This document shows positions 24,035 through 35,200 of a stretch of 64,000 nt of DNA, one piece after another; position 1 is the stretch's first letter, and each line of letters opens with the position of its first letter. The DNA comes from Mantamonas sphyraenae STR306 (lineage: Eukaryota > Protista > CRuMs): the NCBI GenBank assembly GCA_026936335.1, contig JAPMXV010000021.1:124001-188000 (forward strand), written 5' to 3'. A program made the position numbers and the translations under genes. The notes under the pieces are model-generated. The model was given only the letters and a program-made list of their open reading frames with translations. It did not search any database and was not told the DNA's origin.

Positions 24035-25633
24035 TCACACAGCCTCCCAGTGTTGTCCTCCCCCGTTTGCTAGAGCTCCCACGTGGCGTGCATGATGCCA
24101 ATGGCGCACGATGGCCCAGACGTGGCGGATGCCAGGGGTGTCCTTGGGGCCAACTGCATGCCGCATGGGGGTGAGCGCGATGGCAGAGAACCCATTTGCT
24201 GTGCATGCGATTGCACTGACAATGGATGGGAGGAGGAACAGGCCAAAAACCCAGCCAGGGACCACCCACGCTTGCGTGCGCTGCAACACGAGCATTGCAT
24301 GACAGAAAAACAGCCCACCCCACAATCCGGTAATCACAAGCATGGGCTTTCGTGACATTGGTTTGTCCCACACGAGGACAAGCCGAAGGATCATCAGAGC
24401 AAGTGTGAGGAGGGACGGGATTGCCGTAGTCGCATCGCTTTGATGCAACATGCATGGGAGCGACACAGACACAGTCGCCACGACAGGCAGCGCAATCAGA
24501 ATGGTTGTTTCTGAAAAGAGAACCTTTGGATCGCGTTCTCGACAGAGGCGAAACATGACGACGATGAGGGTCAGGGCAAAGGTGAAGCCGATCAGAATCA
24601 CAGGGGCCGAAAAGAGCATCGATTCACTGTGAGAGTATGAAGGGTCACGTATGCAACCGTCCAAGGCGAATGTGTTGAAGGATGCCATGAACCAAGCCAG
24701 CAGCCAGGCAAACATCACCCCAAAAGTCAGGAAGCACAGCTCCGCCACCACAAAGATGCACATGCCCATGCGACCTGCTCTGTAAACCCACCGTGCAATC
24801 AAACACGGCAAGAATGCACCAAGGGCGCTGATGTACGCAATGGCACGGAGCAGAGACATTGTCAACCCTGGACCCTCAGGGGTGTCGACCACAGCCAACT
24901 GAAGCACAAGGGATCCCCCGTACGGGAACACAAGGATGGCAACAGTCATTGTGAACCACCAGGCTGAGATGTTTCCGTTCATGGACAGCTTCAACTTGGC
25001 TCGTTGCACGATTTTGTCCGGTCGCTGAAACTCCTGCACTGCCATGCGTGCAAGAGCATCCAACCCCTTGGATTGTGCTGTCCACAGAGCCACCGCTGCG
25101 TCACGTAGCGACCACTGACCTTCACTGAGGTCAACATGTCGTTCGAGGTCCACAAACGAGAACAAACTCTCCTCTTCCTCGACACCCTCCCGCTCGTTGT
25201 GAAGTCGAAGAACTCGTTGCTCTTGCGGAGACAGTTCCAATCCACTGTCTGCATCACGTTGGAGCAGGGCAAGATACAGACCTCGTTGCTCCTCGCTCAG
25301 TTCCCGCGGAAAGTCTCTCGCGTTCCACTGGTACGCCCCACTCCCACTCCCTCGTTGCGACCCCACCTCACGTCTCACATGCTCCCACAGCAACCCATGG
25401 CCTTCTTCCGAATTCAAAATGCTGTACATCCGCCACGAAGTCATCGATAGTGCCACAAACGACGCCACTGAAAGATGGTTGGCAATGCGCAGCACCACCT
25501 CGTCCGGCAGCTGTCCCAGAGGCAACCGCGTCAAATCCGCCGTGTCATCCACATCCATGTCCGCCTTTCCTTCGCCACGAGCACGTGGAAACGCATTTGC
25601 GGCGTCAAAGAGCAGAATTTCTGATTCGGACAT
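24035..25633 (-). CDS. F-box protein with a C-terminal multipass transmembrane region
   Basis: F-box LGQLPDEVVLRIANHLSVASFVALSMTSWRMY...LW, followed by about 8-9 hydrophobic segments. Confidence 0.7.
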   Translation of the reverse strand: MSESEILLFDAANAFPRARGEGKADMDVDDTADLTRLPLGQLPDEVVLRIANHLSVASFVALSMTSWRMYSILNSEEGHGLLWEHVRREVGSQRGSGSGAYQWNARDFPRELSEEQRGLYLALLQRDADSGLELSPQEQRVLRLHNEREGVEEEESLFSFVDLERHVDLSEGQWSLRDAAVALWTAQSKGLDALARMAVQEFQRPDKIVQRAKLKLSMNGNISAWWFTMTVAILVFPYGGSLVLQLAVVDTPEGPGLTMSLLRAIAYISALGAFLPCLIARWVYRAGRMGMCIFVVAELCFLTFGVMFAWLLAWFMASFNTFALDGCIRDPSYSHSESMLFSAPVILIGFTFALTLIVVMFRLCRERDPKVLFSETTILIALPVVATVSVSLPCMLHQSDATTAIPSLLTLALMILRLVLVWDKPMSRKPMLVITGLWGGLFFCHAMLVLQRTQAWVVPGWVFGLFLLPSIVSAIACTANGFSAIALTPMRHAVGPKDTPGIRHVWAIVRHWHHARHVGALANGGGQHWEAV

Positions 25634-25722
25634 TTCCTCCCGCAACAAAGACGTTCCCCTGCCTCACCCATCGCATCCATTGCCACAACAACAACCACAC
25701 CAACCGATGCATTCACAGTACG

Positions 25723-26823
25723 TCACCGAGGAACCACTTTGATGGAACGGATGGCATTCAACGAGGACAGAGGCAGCTCGTCTTGATCCTCTTCGATCAG
25801 GGTCAGCCCGTTCAGGTAAAGATCCGCATCCCCGTGCTTCTTGGCCACAGCAGCACGCACCTGCGCCACTGTGTTTGTCGTTTTGATGCGCTGTTCCTTC
25901 GATCGTCCTGCCACACGCAACGGAACCGTCGCCGGAGCACGCACCACCCTCTTCTTGGCCTTTGTACTCTTTCCGTACGCGTGCGAATCCAAGGCGGATG
26001 ACGACGACGACGATGTCGTCGTCGATGACGATGTGGAAGACGACGGATACGCAGAGGCACCGTAGGCGTCGTAGTCGTCGTAGTTTGATCCGCCGTTTTC
26101 GTACTTTGCCGCGTACAGCGCCATTTCCTCCTCTTCGGTGAGTTTCTTGCGTCCCATGTTGAATGTGATCCCCTCTTCTTGCATGAGCAGGTTGTCCTTG
26201 TTGTACGCGTCCCACGGATCCCTGCGTTCGTGGCCGTCCACGAGCGAACTCCAGCTCGTGATTCCTCCCAACGCGGCGTAGTCACTCCCTCCGCCTGCCA
26301 GGTTGTTCACAGGCCTCCCCGCTGCCTCTCGTTCCTCTCTGCTTTCTACCACCGTCTCATGGTCAGCCCACTTGTAGTCACAGTCGCAGGAGTACGGCGA
26401 CACAAACTCGTCACACTTGCACCGCGTGCATGCATGAAGACCCTTGACACCGTGCTCATCCGGTTTGTGCTTACACTGACACCGTACCGTCCATGTGCCA
26501 TGCGCCGGAATGTACTCGTAGTGTTTGCAGGCGCACTTCTTGCACCCGAGCCGCCCTTCCTCGTCGTACACGTCGTGCTGCTTGAACCTGTGCTGGCAGA
26601 AGCACTTTGAGGAGGGTCCCACCATTTTGCAGTCCACCAGTGTCTCCTTGTTGCGCCAGGAAACGTACCAGCGCGGGCCGTTTCGATTCCGTTCCCTTAC
26701 AGCCGCGTACTCCTCCTCGCTCAGCAGTTCACCTGTGCCGTCATCCCCAGTGACACGCAGATACTCCAGATATGCTTCGACGTGTTGTGCCCCCTCTGCA
26801 TTCACCACGATGCGCTCAGCCAT
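25723..26823 (-). CDS. FAM221A: FAM221-like Cys-rich protein with a possible C-terminal ubiquitin-like domain
   Basis: HVEAYLEYLRVTGDDGTG...YVSWR...DCKMVGPSSKCFCQHRFKQH...HETVVESREER...YAALGGITSWSSLVDG. Confidence 0.75.
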   Translation of the reverse strand: MAERIVVNAEGAQHVEAYLEYLRVTGDDGTGELLSEEEYAAVRERNRNGPRWYVSWRNKETLVDCKMVGPSSKCFCQHRFKQHDVYDEEGRLGCKKCACKHYEYIPAHGTWTVRCQCKHKPDEHGVKGLHACTRCKCDEFVSPYSCDCDYKWADHETVVESREEREAAGRPVNNLAGGGSDYAALGGITSWSSLVDGHERRDPWDAYNKDNLLMQEEGITFNMGRKKLTEEEEMALYAAKYENGGSNYDDYDAYGASAYPSSSTSSSTTTSSSSSSALDSHAYGKSTKAKKRVVRAPATVPLRVAGRSKEQRIKTTNTVAQVRAAVAKKHGDADLYLNGLTLIEEDQDELPLSSLNAIRSIKVVPR

Positions 26824-26870
26824 GGACACAAACGTTTGTTTTTGGGTGCACAGCGCACATTCACCCCACT

Positions 26871-28499
26871 TCATTCGCCCACCACTCCCATCGCCGCCAC
26901 AAACACATCCGCAAACGACCCACGCGCACGCGCCGCGCCATCGTCATCCTTGAAGCTTGTGGCAAACTCGTCTGCCGTCACTGTGCGCATGGCACGCAGC
27001 GTTTCCAGCGCCTGATCGCGATCCATCCCAGCATGTGTGCGAAGGAATGCATTGGTGATCATTCCCGTGCGATGGATGCCTGCCGAGCAATGCACCAGGA
27101 TGTGCACCTTGCTCTCCTCCAGAAGCTTTCGCATCGTGTCAAACACACCCCAAAGCTCCTCGTATCGTTCGGGAACAGGAGGCACTCCGTGGTCCAGTGG
27201 AAAGTGCAGCCATTGCATGTCACCGTATGCTTCCACCTGTTTCTCCACAGCCTCTGGCCTCTCGTTCCCTCCCAAAAGCGTCAGTACGGCGCGGCAGGCT
27301 GTGTGCTCGTGCAACACCTCCACTGTGTTGCGTCGAGGACGATGCCACAGGCCAATGGCACCATTCAACACGGGCACCCACTGGATTTCCATCTCTGGAG
27401 GGATGTCCGGATCCGGCACGGGCTGCCACACCTCGTCACTACCAGCAAACACCTCACCGCCATACTTCCCACGCACCGCACTGCCCAAAGGATTCAATAC
27501 AGCCCACAGCGCTTCGTCGTCGTCCAATCCATTGCCAAAACCGTCAAACAGCCGCTCCACATGCGTCAGATTGCCAAACGAGGACACAGCAATCGCCTTG
27601 ATCATTCCCACCAGCGTCTTCGGCTCCTCCTCCTCCTCATCCTCCTCCGCATCCTTCGTCACCTTTCCTCCACCCTTGCCCTGATTCTTCTTTTTCTTTT
27701 GCACCACCAGCTGAGCCAGGGACTCCTGCGTCAACAGATCGAGACGGGTGGGCACCCGCAGTTTGACGGATTTCCCCTTTTTGCGCTTCCCGTTGTTCAC
27801 GTACAGGGTATAGCCCCTCTCCACATAGTCCTTTGGCACTGTGTTATCCGTGGTTGCGCCCACGGCGACTCTGCGTTTCAGCAGCTCGCACAGACAACGC
27901 GCAATGTTTCGGCTATCGTCAATCCCGCTGTGGTGTCGTCCCTCGAGCTCCAGTCCCAGACCAGACAGCATGTCGGTCATCCCATGCACCTTTGTGCGCA
28001 GGGCATGGCTCGCCACATTCTTCAGATTGCACCAACGTTGGAACAGAGGCGGCATGGCCTCTGCCTCCAATCCGGCACGGGCCCACTGCCGCGGCAGCAT
28101 GGATTTCAAATCCCAATCGCCACACGTCACGCACAACACACTTCCATCGTCTGCATCCAGTCCATGTGCCTTCAGATGCTCCTGCAGCGACGCCAGAACG
28201 TCGACAAACACGGGTGCCTTGTCGACCCACTCCTGCTCTATGCCTGTCAGTTCCGTGCAAAATGCAGTCAACTGTGGATGCGCCTCTGGTTTCACATAGC
28301 TGTGAAACTCGGCCTCATCCACCACCTGGCCCCGCACGGCGTCCACCACCACCACGGGCCACTCGATGATCTCCTGCTCTCGCGACACCACAGACCCGCG
28401 GTCCGAGTCACACGTAGCCTCAAAATCCAGCACCAGGTAGTGGGTCACCTCCACCGGCGCACTGCTCTCCTGGCTCTGTGTCTCGCCTCGTGTGGACAT
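26871..28499 (-). CDS. ERI1-type DEDDh 3'-5' exonuclease fused to a C-terminal Cys-based (PTP/DSP) phosphatase
   Basis: YLVLDFEATCD, QEIIEWP, FHSYVKP...LTAFCTELTGI, CGDWDL, LEGRHHSGIDDSRNIA; phosphatase P-loop VHCSAGIHRTG. Confidence 0.88.
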   Translation of the reverse strand: MSTRGETQSQESSAPVEVTHYLVLDFEATCDSDRGSVVSREQEIIEWPVVVVDAVRGQVVDEAEFHSYVKPEAHPQLTAFCTELTGIEQEWVDKAPVFVDVLASLQEHLKAHGLDADDGSVLCVTCGDWDLKSMLPRQWARAGLEAEAMPPLFQRWCNLKNVASHALRTKVHGMTDMLSGLGLELEGRHHSGIDDSRNIARCLCELLKRRVAVGATTDNTVPKDYVERGYTLYVNNGKRKKGKSVKLRVPTRLDLLTQESLAQLVVQKKKKNQGKGGGKVTKDAEEDEEEEEPKTLVGMIKAIAVSSFGNLTHVERLFDGFGNGLDDDEALWAVLNPLGSAVRGKYGGEVFAGSDEVWQPVPDPDIPPEMEIQWVPVLNGAIGLWHRPRRNTVEVLHEHTACRAVLTLLGGNERPEAVEKQVEAYGDMQWLHFPLDHGVPPVPERYEELWGVFDTMRKLLEESKVHILVHCSAGIHRTGMITNAFLRTHAGMDRDQALETLRAMRTVTADEFATSFKDDDGAARARGSFADVFVAAMGVVGE

Positions 28500-28609
28500 G
28501 GTGTTTGGTTGGTTTTTGGATTTCTGCTGGTTGAGGCAGCGACGATTTTCCGGGAAGCTTTTTTTCTTCATTGGTCGGGGCCGTGTGACGCCCTCCAAGC
28601 CACTCACTC

Positions 28610-30454
28610 TCACTTGCTCTTGCCACTGTTGACACGCTCGTAAATGAGCATGCTGGGCTGCACGCGTCCGTAGAGGGCCTTGCGAACGACGTCGTCAAAC
28701 TCGCGTCCCACGGTGCTGTGGATGCTGTCATCGAAACAGATCCACCGGGCCTCCTTGGGTCGGTAGATGTACACGGTGTAGTGCATGCCATAGATGGACA
28801 CCAGTCCGCGCAGCTGGTACGTGGCACTCTCTGCCCCTGGGTACACGTCGGCAATGTCAAACTCCTCGCCTCGGATCACGTCAAACACCTCCAGGATCTC
28901 CTTCTTGCTGGGGTTGGGTGTGGTCCAGATCAGACCCAGCGTCATCACCGTGGGCGTGGACACCAGCCACGTGTTGGTCTTGTTGGTTGCCTCGCAGCCT
29001 TCCGTGTCGCAGCTCTTTTCCGGCTCGTCCGCACTCAACGCGAGCAGCTTGCCAATGTCGGCGCCTGCGTTCTCCTTCTTCAGTTCCACCAGTTGCTGCG
29101 CAGCCGCATAGTGGATGAACTGCTTGTACGTCTCGGGCTCCAGAGACTCACCACACGACGCACAGCTGTACTGCTCGCACAGGGTGATGCCAAACACGTG
29201 GTGCACCAGACACGGCGGCAGACAATCCTTCTCCTCCTCACCCTCCGCACCCACAAACTCGTTGTGCAAATGCTCCAGAATCGCCACGTACGCCTCGCTC
29301 GCATCGTCCATACGACCCAGTTGGAACTTGCTCTCATTGCTGAACAGCATGTGCAGTGCGTAGCGAAGTCGGTCAGGCGGACACACGTCCCGGAAGCCGT
29401 AGTGGTACTCGTTGAAGATGAACTTGAGCGCACAAAAGATGCACGCCGTGTCGTTGTGCACGTGATCCTTGTACTCGATGCTCTCCAGACGCACCGCAAA
29501 GCTACGCGACGCCCACAGCACCTGCAGCACTACGTTTACAAAGCAGTTGTTCTGTCACACACACACACACACACACACACACATTCGCGCGCGGTTTTTC
29601 TGTGGGTCAGCGGAATTCCAACAAACGCGATTATCAACCCCTCCGCCCTTTTTTTGGGCGCCCTGCACTCACCTGCCCTGCGTTGCGCAGTCCCTTGGCC
29701 GCATAGATCGACTCGCCAAATGACAACGTGTCATCAAACGCCTTTGTCGACTCGCGCAGAGACTGACTCACGTCGGGAGTCAGGATCAACGAGTTGCTCA
29801 TGGCCAGCTCCTGCGCCTTTTCGTGCCCGTTGTTGTCTCCGTCGCCAAACTCGTACTCCTTTGTGTCCGGCTGTACGTGGAAGCTCACCGCCCCGTTCCA
29901 CGACGAGTCTGTGTTGTGTGTCATTCCCATCGTGTAAGCCGCGAGGGGCCCTTTTGCACGCCGCGTTTGCGACCCTCGCCGCCTCCCTGTTGGGTCACCT
30001 ACCGAAACACTGCAGCCGCAGCGTGCGCCCTGCAATGCGCATGGCTTCGTGCAACTCCTGTCATGGACAAGGGCAAAACAAACACACGCGTGCGCATTCC
30101 GTTTGCAAAGCAACCAGGGACGGACACGGAAAACGGAACGGGTTTTTTAGCGGAATCGGTGTGTGGTGTGTCAGCGTATCGGCTCTCGGCTCTCTCCATG
30201 ACCCTCCTACGTGCCCTTGTCTCGCCCCACTGTGCTTCCACCGCAACACGTACCACCGTGCTTGTGATGGTGCACATGTCACCCTCATCGTCCTTGAAAC
30301 GCAGCGTCAGCAGCGCGGAGCTGGGCATCGCAAAGGTCTCTTTGCACATGGCCACAAACGTGTCAAACTCCACATCCCGACGCTGGCTCAGCCGATGGAT
30401 GTCGTCACCGTACACCAGTTTGCACACCACCGTGTCTGAAGACGAAGAGGACAT
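28610..30454 (-). CDS. PB1 domain + ubiquitin-specific protease (C19, USP53/54-like), spliced
   Basis: PB1: VCKLVYGDDIHRL...LRFKDDEGDMCTI|ELHEAM. Splicing 29552-29672 gives the Cys box KGLRNAGQ|NNCFVNVVLQVLW; His box YGMHYTVYIY...WICFDDS. Confidence 0.82.
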
Positions 30455-30571
30455 TGCAGCAGCCTGTGATCAGTTTGGCTCCAACGTCGCATCCCACCAC
30501 ACACCGCAAGCAATCCTCACACCTGACCACGTTTCCATTTCCATTCCAACCCTCCCACCTCGTGCTCACAC

Positions 30572-31258
30572 TCACTGACCAAACGTGTCGGCATCTTTGA
30601 GGTACTCCAGCTCCGCCTCTGTCGATTCCCTCCCCAGCACCTCGTTGCGATGTGGGTACCTTCCAAACTCCTCCACAATCTTGCGATGTCCCACCATGTA
30701 CTCTCGAAAGGCGTTGCTGAAGCCTTCCGTGCCATGCTCACGCTTGGCGTAGGCATCCAGAGCATCCATCACCTCCAACGCCTCGTCGTGAATCTTCACG
30801 TCCTCCTGGTGCTCAAACGGCAGCAGGGCAAACAGAACATCGATGCCAGCGTACGGTGCCACAAACGTGTCGCCTTGTTGAGCACGAGACAACACGGTGC
30901 GTGCCGAGGCAAGCCCCAAGCCGTCGTATGCAAACGCCTTGGCCGAACCACGGTGGATCTGTCGCGAGAACTGGTCACACAGAATCACCATGGCCATGTC
31001 ACCCTTGGCATACTTTTCCTCAGCCCAGTCAAGCTCCTCCGCCTGCTCCAGAAAGACACCAAATTTTTCGCGCAACTCATCATCGAAGCTCTTGGAGTCC
31101 ATGAACCACTTGCCGGCGTTCTTCTGGAACACATCAAGCGAAAAGTCGACGTCGCCCTTGGACCATCCTTCCTGGAACCACCAGTCCAGCACAGCGTCAA
31201 TGTGTGCCTGGCTGCCGGAATCCTCCTTGACATCGCTCGTCGTGCTCTCTGTGCTCAT
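30572..31258 (-). CDS. DUF924 family protein
   Basis: VLDWWF...WF...FDDELREKF; ILCDQFSRQIHRGSAKAFAYD; LPFEHQED; FGRYPHRNEVLGRESTEAE. Confidence 0.88.
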   Translation of the reverse strand: MSTESTTSDVKEDSGSQAHIDAVLDWWFQEGWSKGDVDFSLDVFQKNAGKWFMDSKSFDDELREKFGVFLEQAEELDWAEEKYAKGDMAMVILCDQFSRQIHRGSAKAFAYDGLGLASARTVLSRAQQGDTFVAPYAGIDVLFALLPFEHQEDVKIHDEALEVMDALDAYAKREHGTEGFSNAFREYMVGHRKIVEEFGRYPHRNEVLGRESTEAELEYLKDADTFGQ

Positions 31259-31395
31259 GCTGCAACGGAATACAAAGTGTGTGTTTCGGGTGTGTTCAAT
31301 TACGCTTGTGCTACCTCTGGTTGTGCTTGCAATCCGTCGGAACATGCACAGTTGTGTCCACGTGCGCCCGCAGTGCCAGCCAACCTCTCTGCGCA

Positions 31396-32250
31396 ATGTC
31401 CACCGTCGACAAGGACGCCCAGCTCGCACAGGCCCTTCAAATGCAAGAGGATGAGGCCTTTGCAGCACGCCTTGTCGATGAAGAGCAGGCTGCCTTCCAG
31501 AAGCAGCAACAGGAGCAGCAGCAGCAGCAGCAGCAACCCGCTCGTCTCGGGGCCTCTGAAGACACCCTTCTCGACCACTTTGGCATCCAATGGAGCCAAG
31601 ACGAGCAGGAGTCGTTTGACAGACAGCATGGCCGTGTTGTCGATGCCATGACACTCGTCCCGCGCTCAATGATTCGCGTGGGACTCTCCTCCGCACGCTC
31701 CATGCTCGGGTTGCCTCCACGACGAGACTTGGACGACCATGAATCCTCGCTGGGCTTTGTACAGAGACTAAGGACGCGTACACGCGACAATTCCCTCCTC
31801 GAGGAACGCCTCAAGAGCTATGGCTTGAAGCGAAAACGCATCAAAGGCGACGGGAATTGCCTCTTTCGCTCCCTGGGCTTCGCCATGGTCGGTGATCCGG
31901 GAAAGGAACGAGCCACCATTGTCCGCGACGATGTCATCACCGAAATTGCTGCCTTTCCTGAGCGCTACCGCGAGCACACAGAGGATCTGGAAGGGTACCT
32001 GGCCGAAATGGGCCGCGATGGAACGTGGGGAGACCACCTTGCCGTTGCAGCCGCCTCCAATGCCTACGGAGTGCCCATTCGCATCATTTGCAGTGACAGT
32101 GACGTCGAAGTCGTCCAACTGGACCCTGTGGAGCAGCGTCTTGATCAACTGGTCTTTATCACCTTCAACGGTTCCCATTTCGACGCTGTGCTCCCTATCG
32201 ATGCCGAGGACGATGGCAACGATAGCGATGGGCCTTGTGTGTTGCAATGA
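31396..32250 (+). CDS. OTU deubiquitinase with N-terminal UIM/MIU-like helices and a C-terminal CaaX-like motif
   Basis: DAQLAQALQMQEDEAFAARL; GDGNCLFRSL; GTWGDHL; FNGSHFDAV; ends in CVLQ. Confidence 0.88.
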   Translation: MSTVDKDAQLAQALQMQEDEAFAARLVDEEQAAFQKQQQEQQQQQQQPARLGASEDTLLDHFGIQWSQDEQESFDRQHGRVVDAMTLVPRSMIRVGLSSARSMLGLPPRRDLDDHESSLGFVQRLRTRTRDNSLLEERLKSYGLKRKRIKGDGNCLFRSLGFAMVGDPGKERATIVRDDVITEIAAFPERYREHTEDLEGYLAEMGRDGTWGDHLAVAAASNAYGVPIRIICSDSDVEVVQLDPVEQRLDQLVFITFNGSHFDAVLPIDAEDDGNDSDGPCVLQ

Positions 32251-32296
32251 GCGTGCGAGCACCACCCTTCCCCTCCCCAATCCAAAACAACGAAAA

Positions 32297-35200
32297 ATGT
32301 ACAGCTCTATGGAGGCCCTGCGCCTGCAGGGGATCACCCCATCCACAACGTCATCGTCCAGCGGCGGCGGCGGCGGAGGCAGTGTGCGTTCTGCCGGTTC
32401 AAGCACCATGTCCCTCTTGTACGACCTGTACCGCGAGGACACCAATCCGTACATGGAAACCGAGGAGCAGAGCGCATCCACAGCAATGATGGGCTACAAC
32501 ATGGCGGCCCAGATGGCACCGCAGCAGTCGACAAACACACTCGTGTCGTACAGCTCGTCGGCATACAGCGTGGCGCTGAGTACAGAGGACCACAACGATT
32601 TGGTGTTGGAAAACGACGTCGACTGGGCCCAAGACAGCAGGTATGCGGATCTGGACGATGACACGCAGGATCAAATCGAGGAAGCTGTGCGTGAGCACCT
32701 TCAGGCAGCGCAGAAGCGGCCATGGAATGACCAGTTCCAGGAATTGCTCATGCAACCGGCCATCTCTCCTGAGGACAAGGTCACACGTCGCGAGCGCATC
32801 AACAGCCTCTCCCACGATTTCGTCTCCTTTGCCGAGTGTGTCACAAAGGCGCTCGTGCTGCAACGCTTCCTGCCCGAGGACCGGAAGCTCATCCAGCGTG
32901 CCGACCTTGGCGGCCGTGCAGGCGGTGACAAGTACATTTACCACGGCGTCCTCTTTAAGTTTTGTGTCGACCATGGCATTTATGGGTCGGACCACGCGGC
33001 ACAAAAGGCCGCCGGCCACGAAATCAAGAGTTTGAACAAGCTGGTGGCGGCGGAAGAGGATCAGTTGCACTTCCCGCTGGCCTGCGCCTGTGACTACCGC
33101 GGCCACCGCGTGTTTGCCGCCTCCCTCGTGCCCGTGACCGACGATACGCTTGTGTTGGGCAGTCACGACGCAGGCAAGCATGTGGTCAGTTCCAACGAGC
33201 GTGTCAACGCGCTCATCCGTGCCGTTTGCTCTTCCCTCAACCTCAAGTCACACATGTGCAAGGCCAGCGCGGACGACGCTCTCGTCCTCATGCACGGGCC
33301 CTGTGACATGGAAGTGCACGTTGGACGAGACGGCCTCTATTACGTCCTGGATGCCGCACGGTAAGCAAAAAGCATCACACACACCCCCCGCACACACACA
33401 CGAAAGCAAACCTCCCTCCACCCACCCACTCACCCACTCACCCACCACCCCTACAGTCTGTCACCACCCACATTTCCCGTGCATTTGGACACAAAGGCAC
33501 CGCACACAGTCATCCACCAGCTGTTCCGCTTCGAAGCCCTTCAGGCAAACCCGTTTCCGCTCTCCTCCGATGCCCTGACCGGCTTTGGCAAACACAACCG
33601 ACGGGAACACGACAGCGAAGTGAAAACGGCCACACTGCGTCTGTTGCACACGGTGGTGCCTGGTGTGGCAGTGAAGCTGCAGGCCATCACCGACAATGCC
33701 GAGCTCAACGCAGCCCTGCTGGACACGGTCGTCCACTTTATGCACCGCAATGGCATCAATCTACGCTACTTGGGCAATTTGATGGCCTGTGTCGATTCAT
33801 CGCACGACACCCTGCGCAGCGCCCTGTTTGTGGAAATGGTGGCGCGCATTGCCAAGATCTCCATCCGTTCGGACCTGCGCGATCTCGTCTCGCTTTCGGA
33901 CGAGCCGCTGAAACGAGTCATCTGCCTGCATCTGGACTATATCTGCCGGCCGGCGGACGACCAGCGGCATCGGCGAGTGTGGACGCGGATCAAGGAGCAA
34001 ATCGGCGAAAAGTACGTCAATCGCGAGTGTGTGTCGCTGGCCGAGGAGATTGACGACGCCGTCGATGCTCTGATGGCATCGACAGAGCAGCGGCAGCTTG
34101 TGTTTGAACGCATCTGCACCCTTGTGGGTGCACGCACCCAGTGCACCACGGATGACCTGCCCATGGATCCCGAAGACATCGAGGATCTGGAGTGCACCTC
34201 GAAACGTGTGCGTGCCACCGCCCTGAGCGAATCGGTCAGCCAATCCGACCTGCTTTCGTCGTGCATCACCTTTTACCGCTCCATGCTGGAATCGTTGCAG
34301 GAGGTGCAGCTGGAACGAGGCTCACAGGACACCACACGCATTGTGGAGACGCTGATCACGCTGGCAGACCTGCACATGCAACACGCAGAGTACAACGAGG
34401 CCCAGAAACGATACAAGCAGGCGCTGAACATGGTGGAAAGCAGCAGCGAGCAGCAACGCAAGGCAGACATTGAAATCGGCCTCGCCAAGGTGCTCCACAA
34501 ACAGTCCCGCTTCCACGAGGCCCAGGAGTGGTACGAACGGGCCGCTGCCTCCCTGGAGCAACTCAACGACATGCAAAAGCTGGGCGAATTGCTGCACCAC
34601 ATGGGCCGCCTGGCGTGCGACTACGGCAAGCCCGAAGAGAGCATCGAAGTGTTCCAGCGGGCGTTGGATGTGAAGCGAGAGGCGTTTGGCGAGGAACACT
34701 CCGAGACCGGATTCACACTCACCTCCATGGCCGAGTCGCACCGGCGGTTGCGCAACTACGAGGATGCCATCGAACTGTTGAAACAGGCGGAGGCGGTGTT
34801 TGAGGCTGCGTTTGGCACCAGGGACCACTCGTCGGTGAGCACGGTGCTGTCCACTCTGGGACGCATCCACCTCAGTTGCGACAGGCTACGAGAGGCACAG
34901 GTTGTGTTTGAACAGGCGTTGGACATCCAACGACGCACACTCAGCGAACGCCATCCCACCTGTGGCCAAACCATGAGCTGGTTGGCAAGCGTGGCCATCA
35001 AACGCAGCAATTTGGTCAGTGCAGAACGGCTGCTGCGCGAATCGCTGATCATCACCGAACGGGCCATGGGCAAGACCCACTCGCGTGTCTGTTCCATCCT
35101 CAATCGCCTGGCGGGCGTGTTTGTGGACACGGGTGCCTTCTCCAAGGCGGAAGCCACCGCACGCAGGGCACTGGACATCCGGTTGGCCTCGTTGGGCGAC

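Noticed and set aside
30572-31258. DUF924 gene as a recent bacterial transfer
   Set aside because: The family also occurs in eukaryotes, and its composition matches neighbouring genes.
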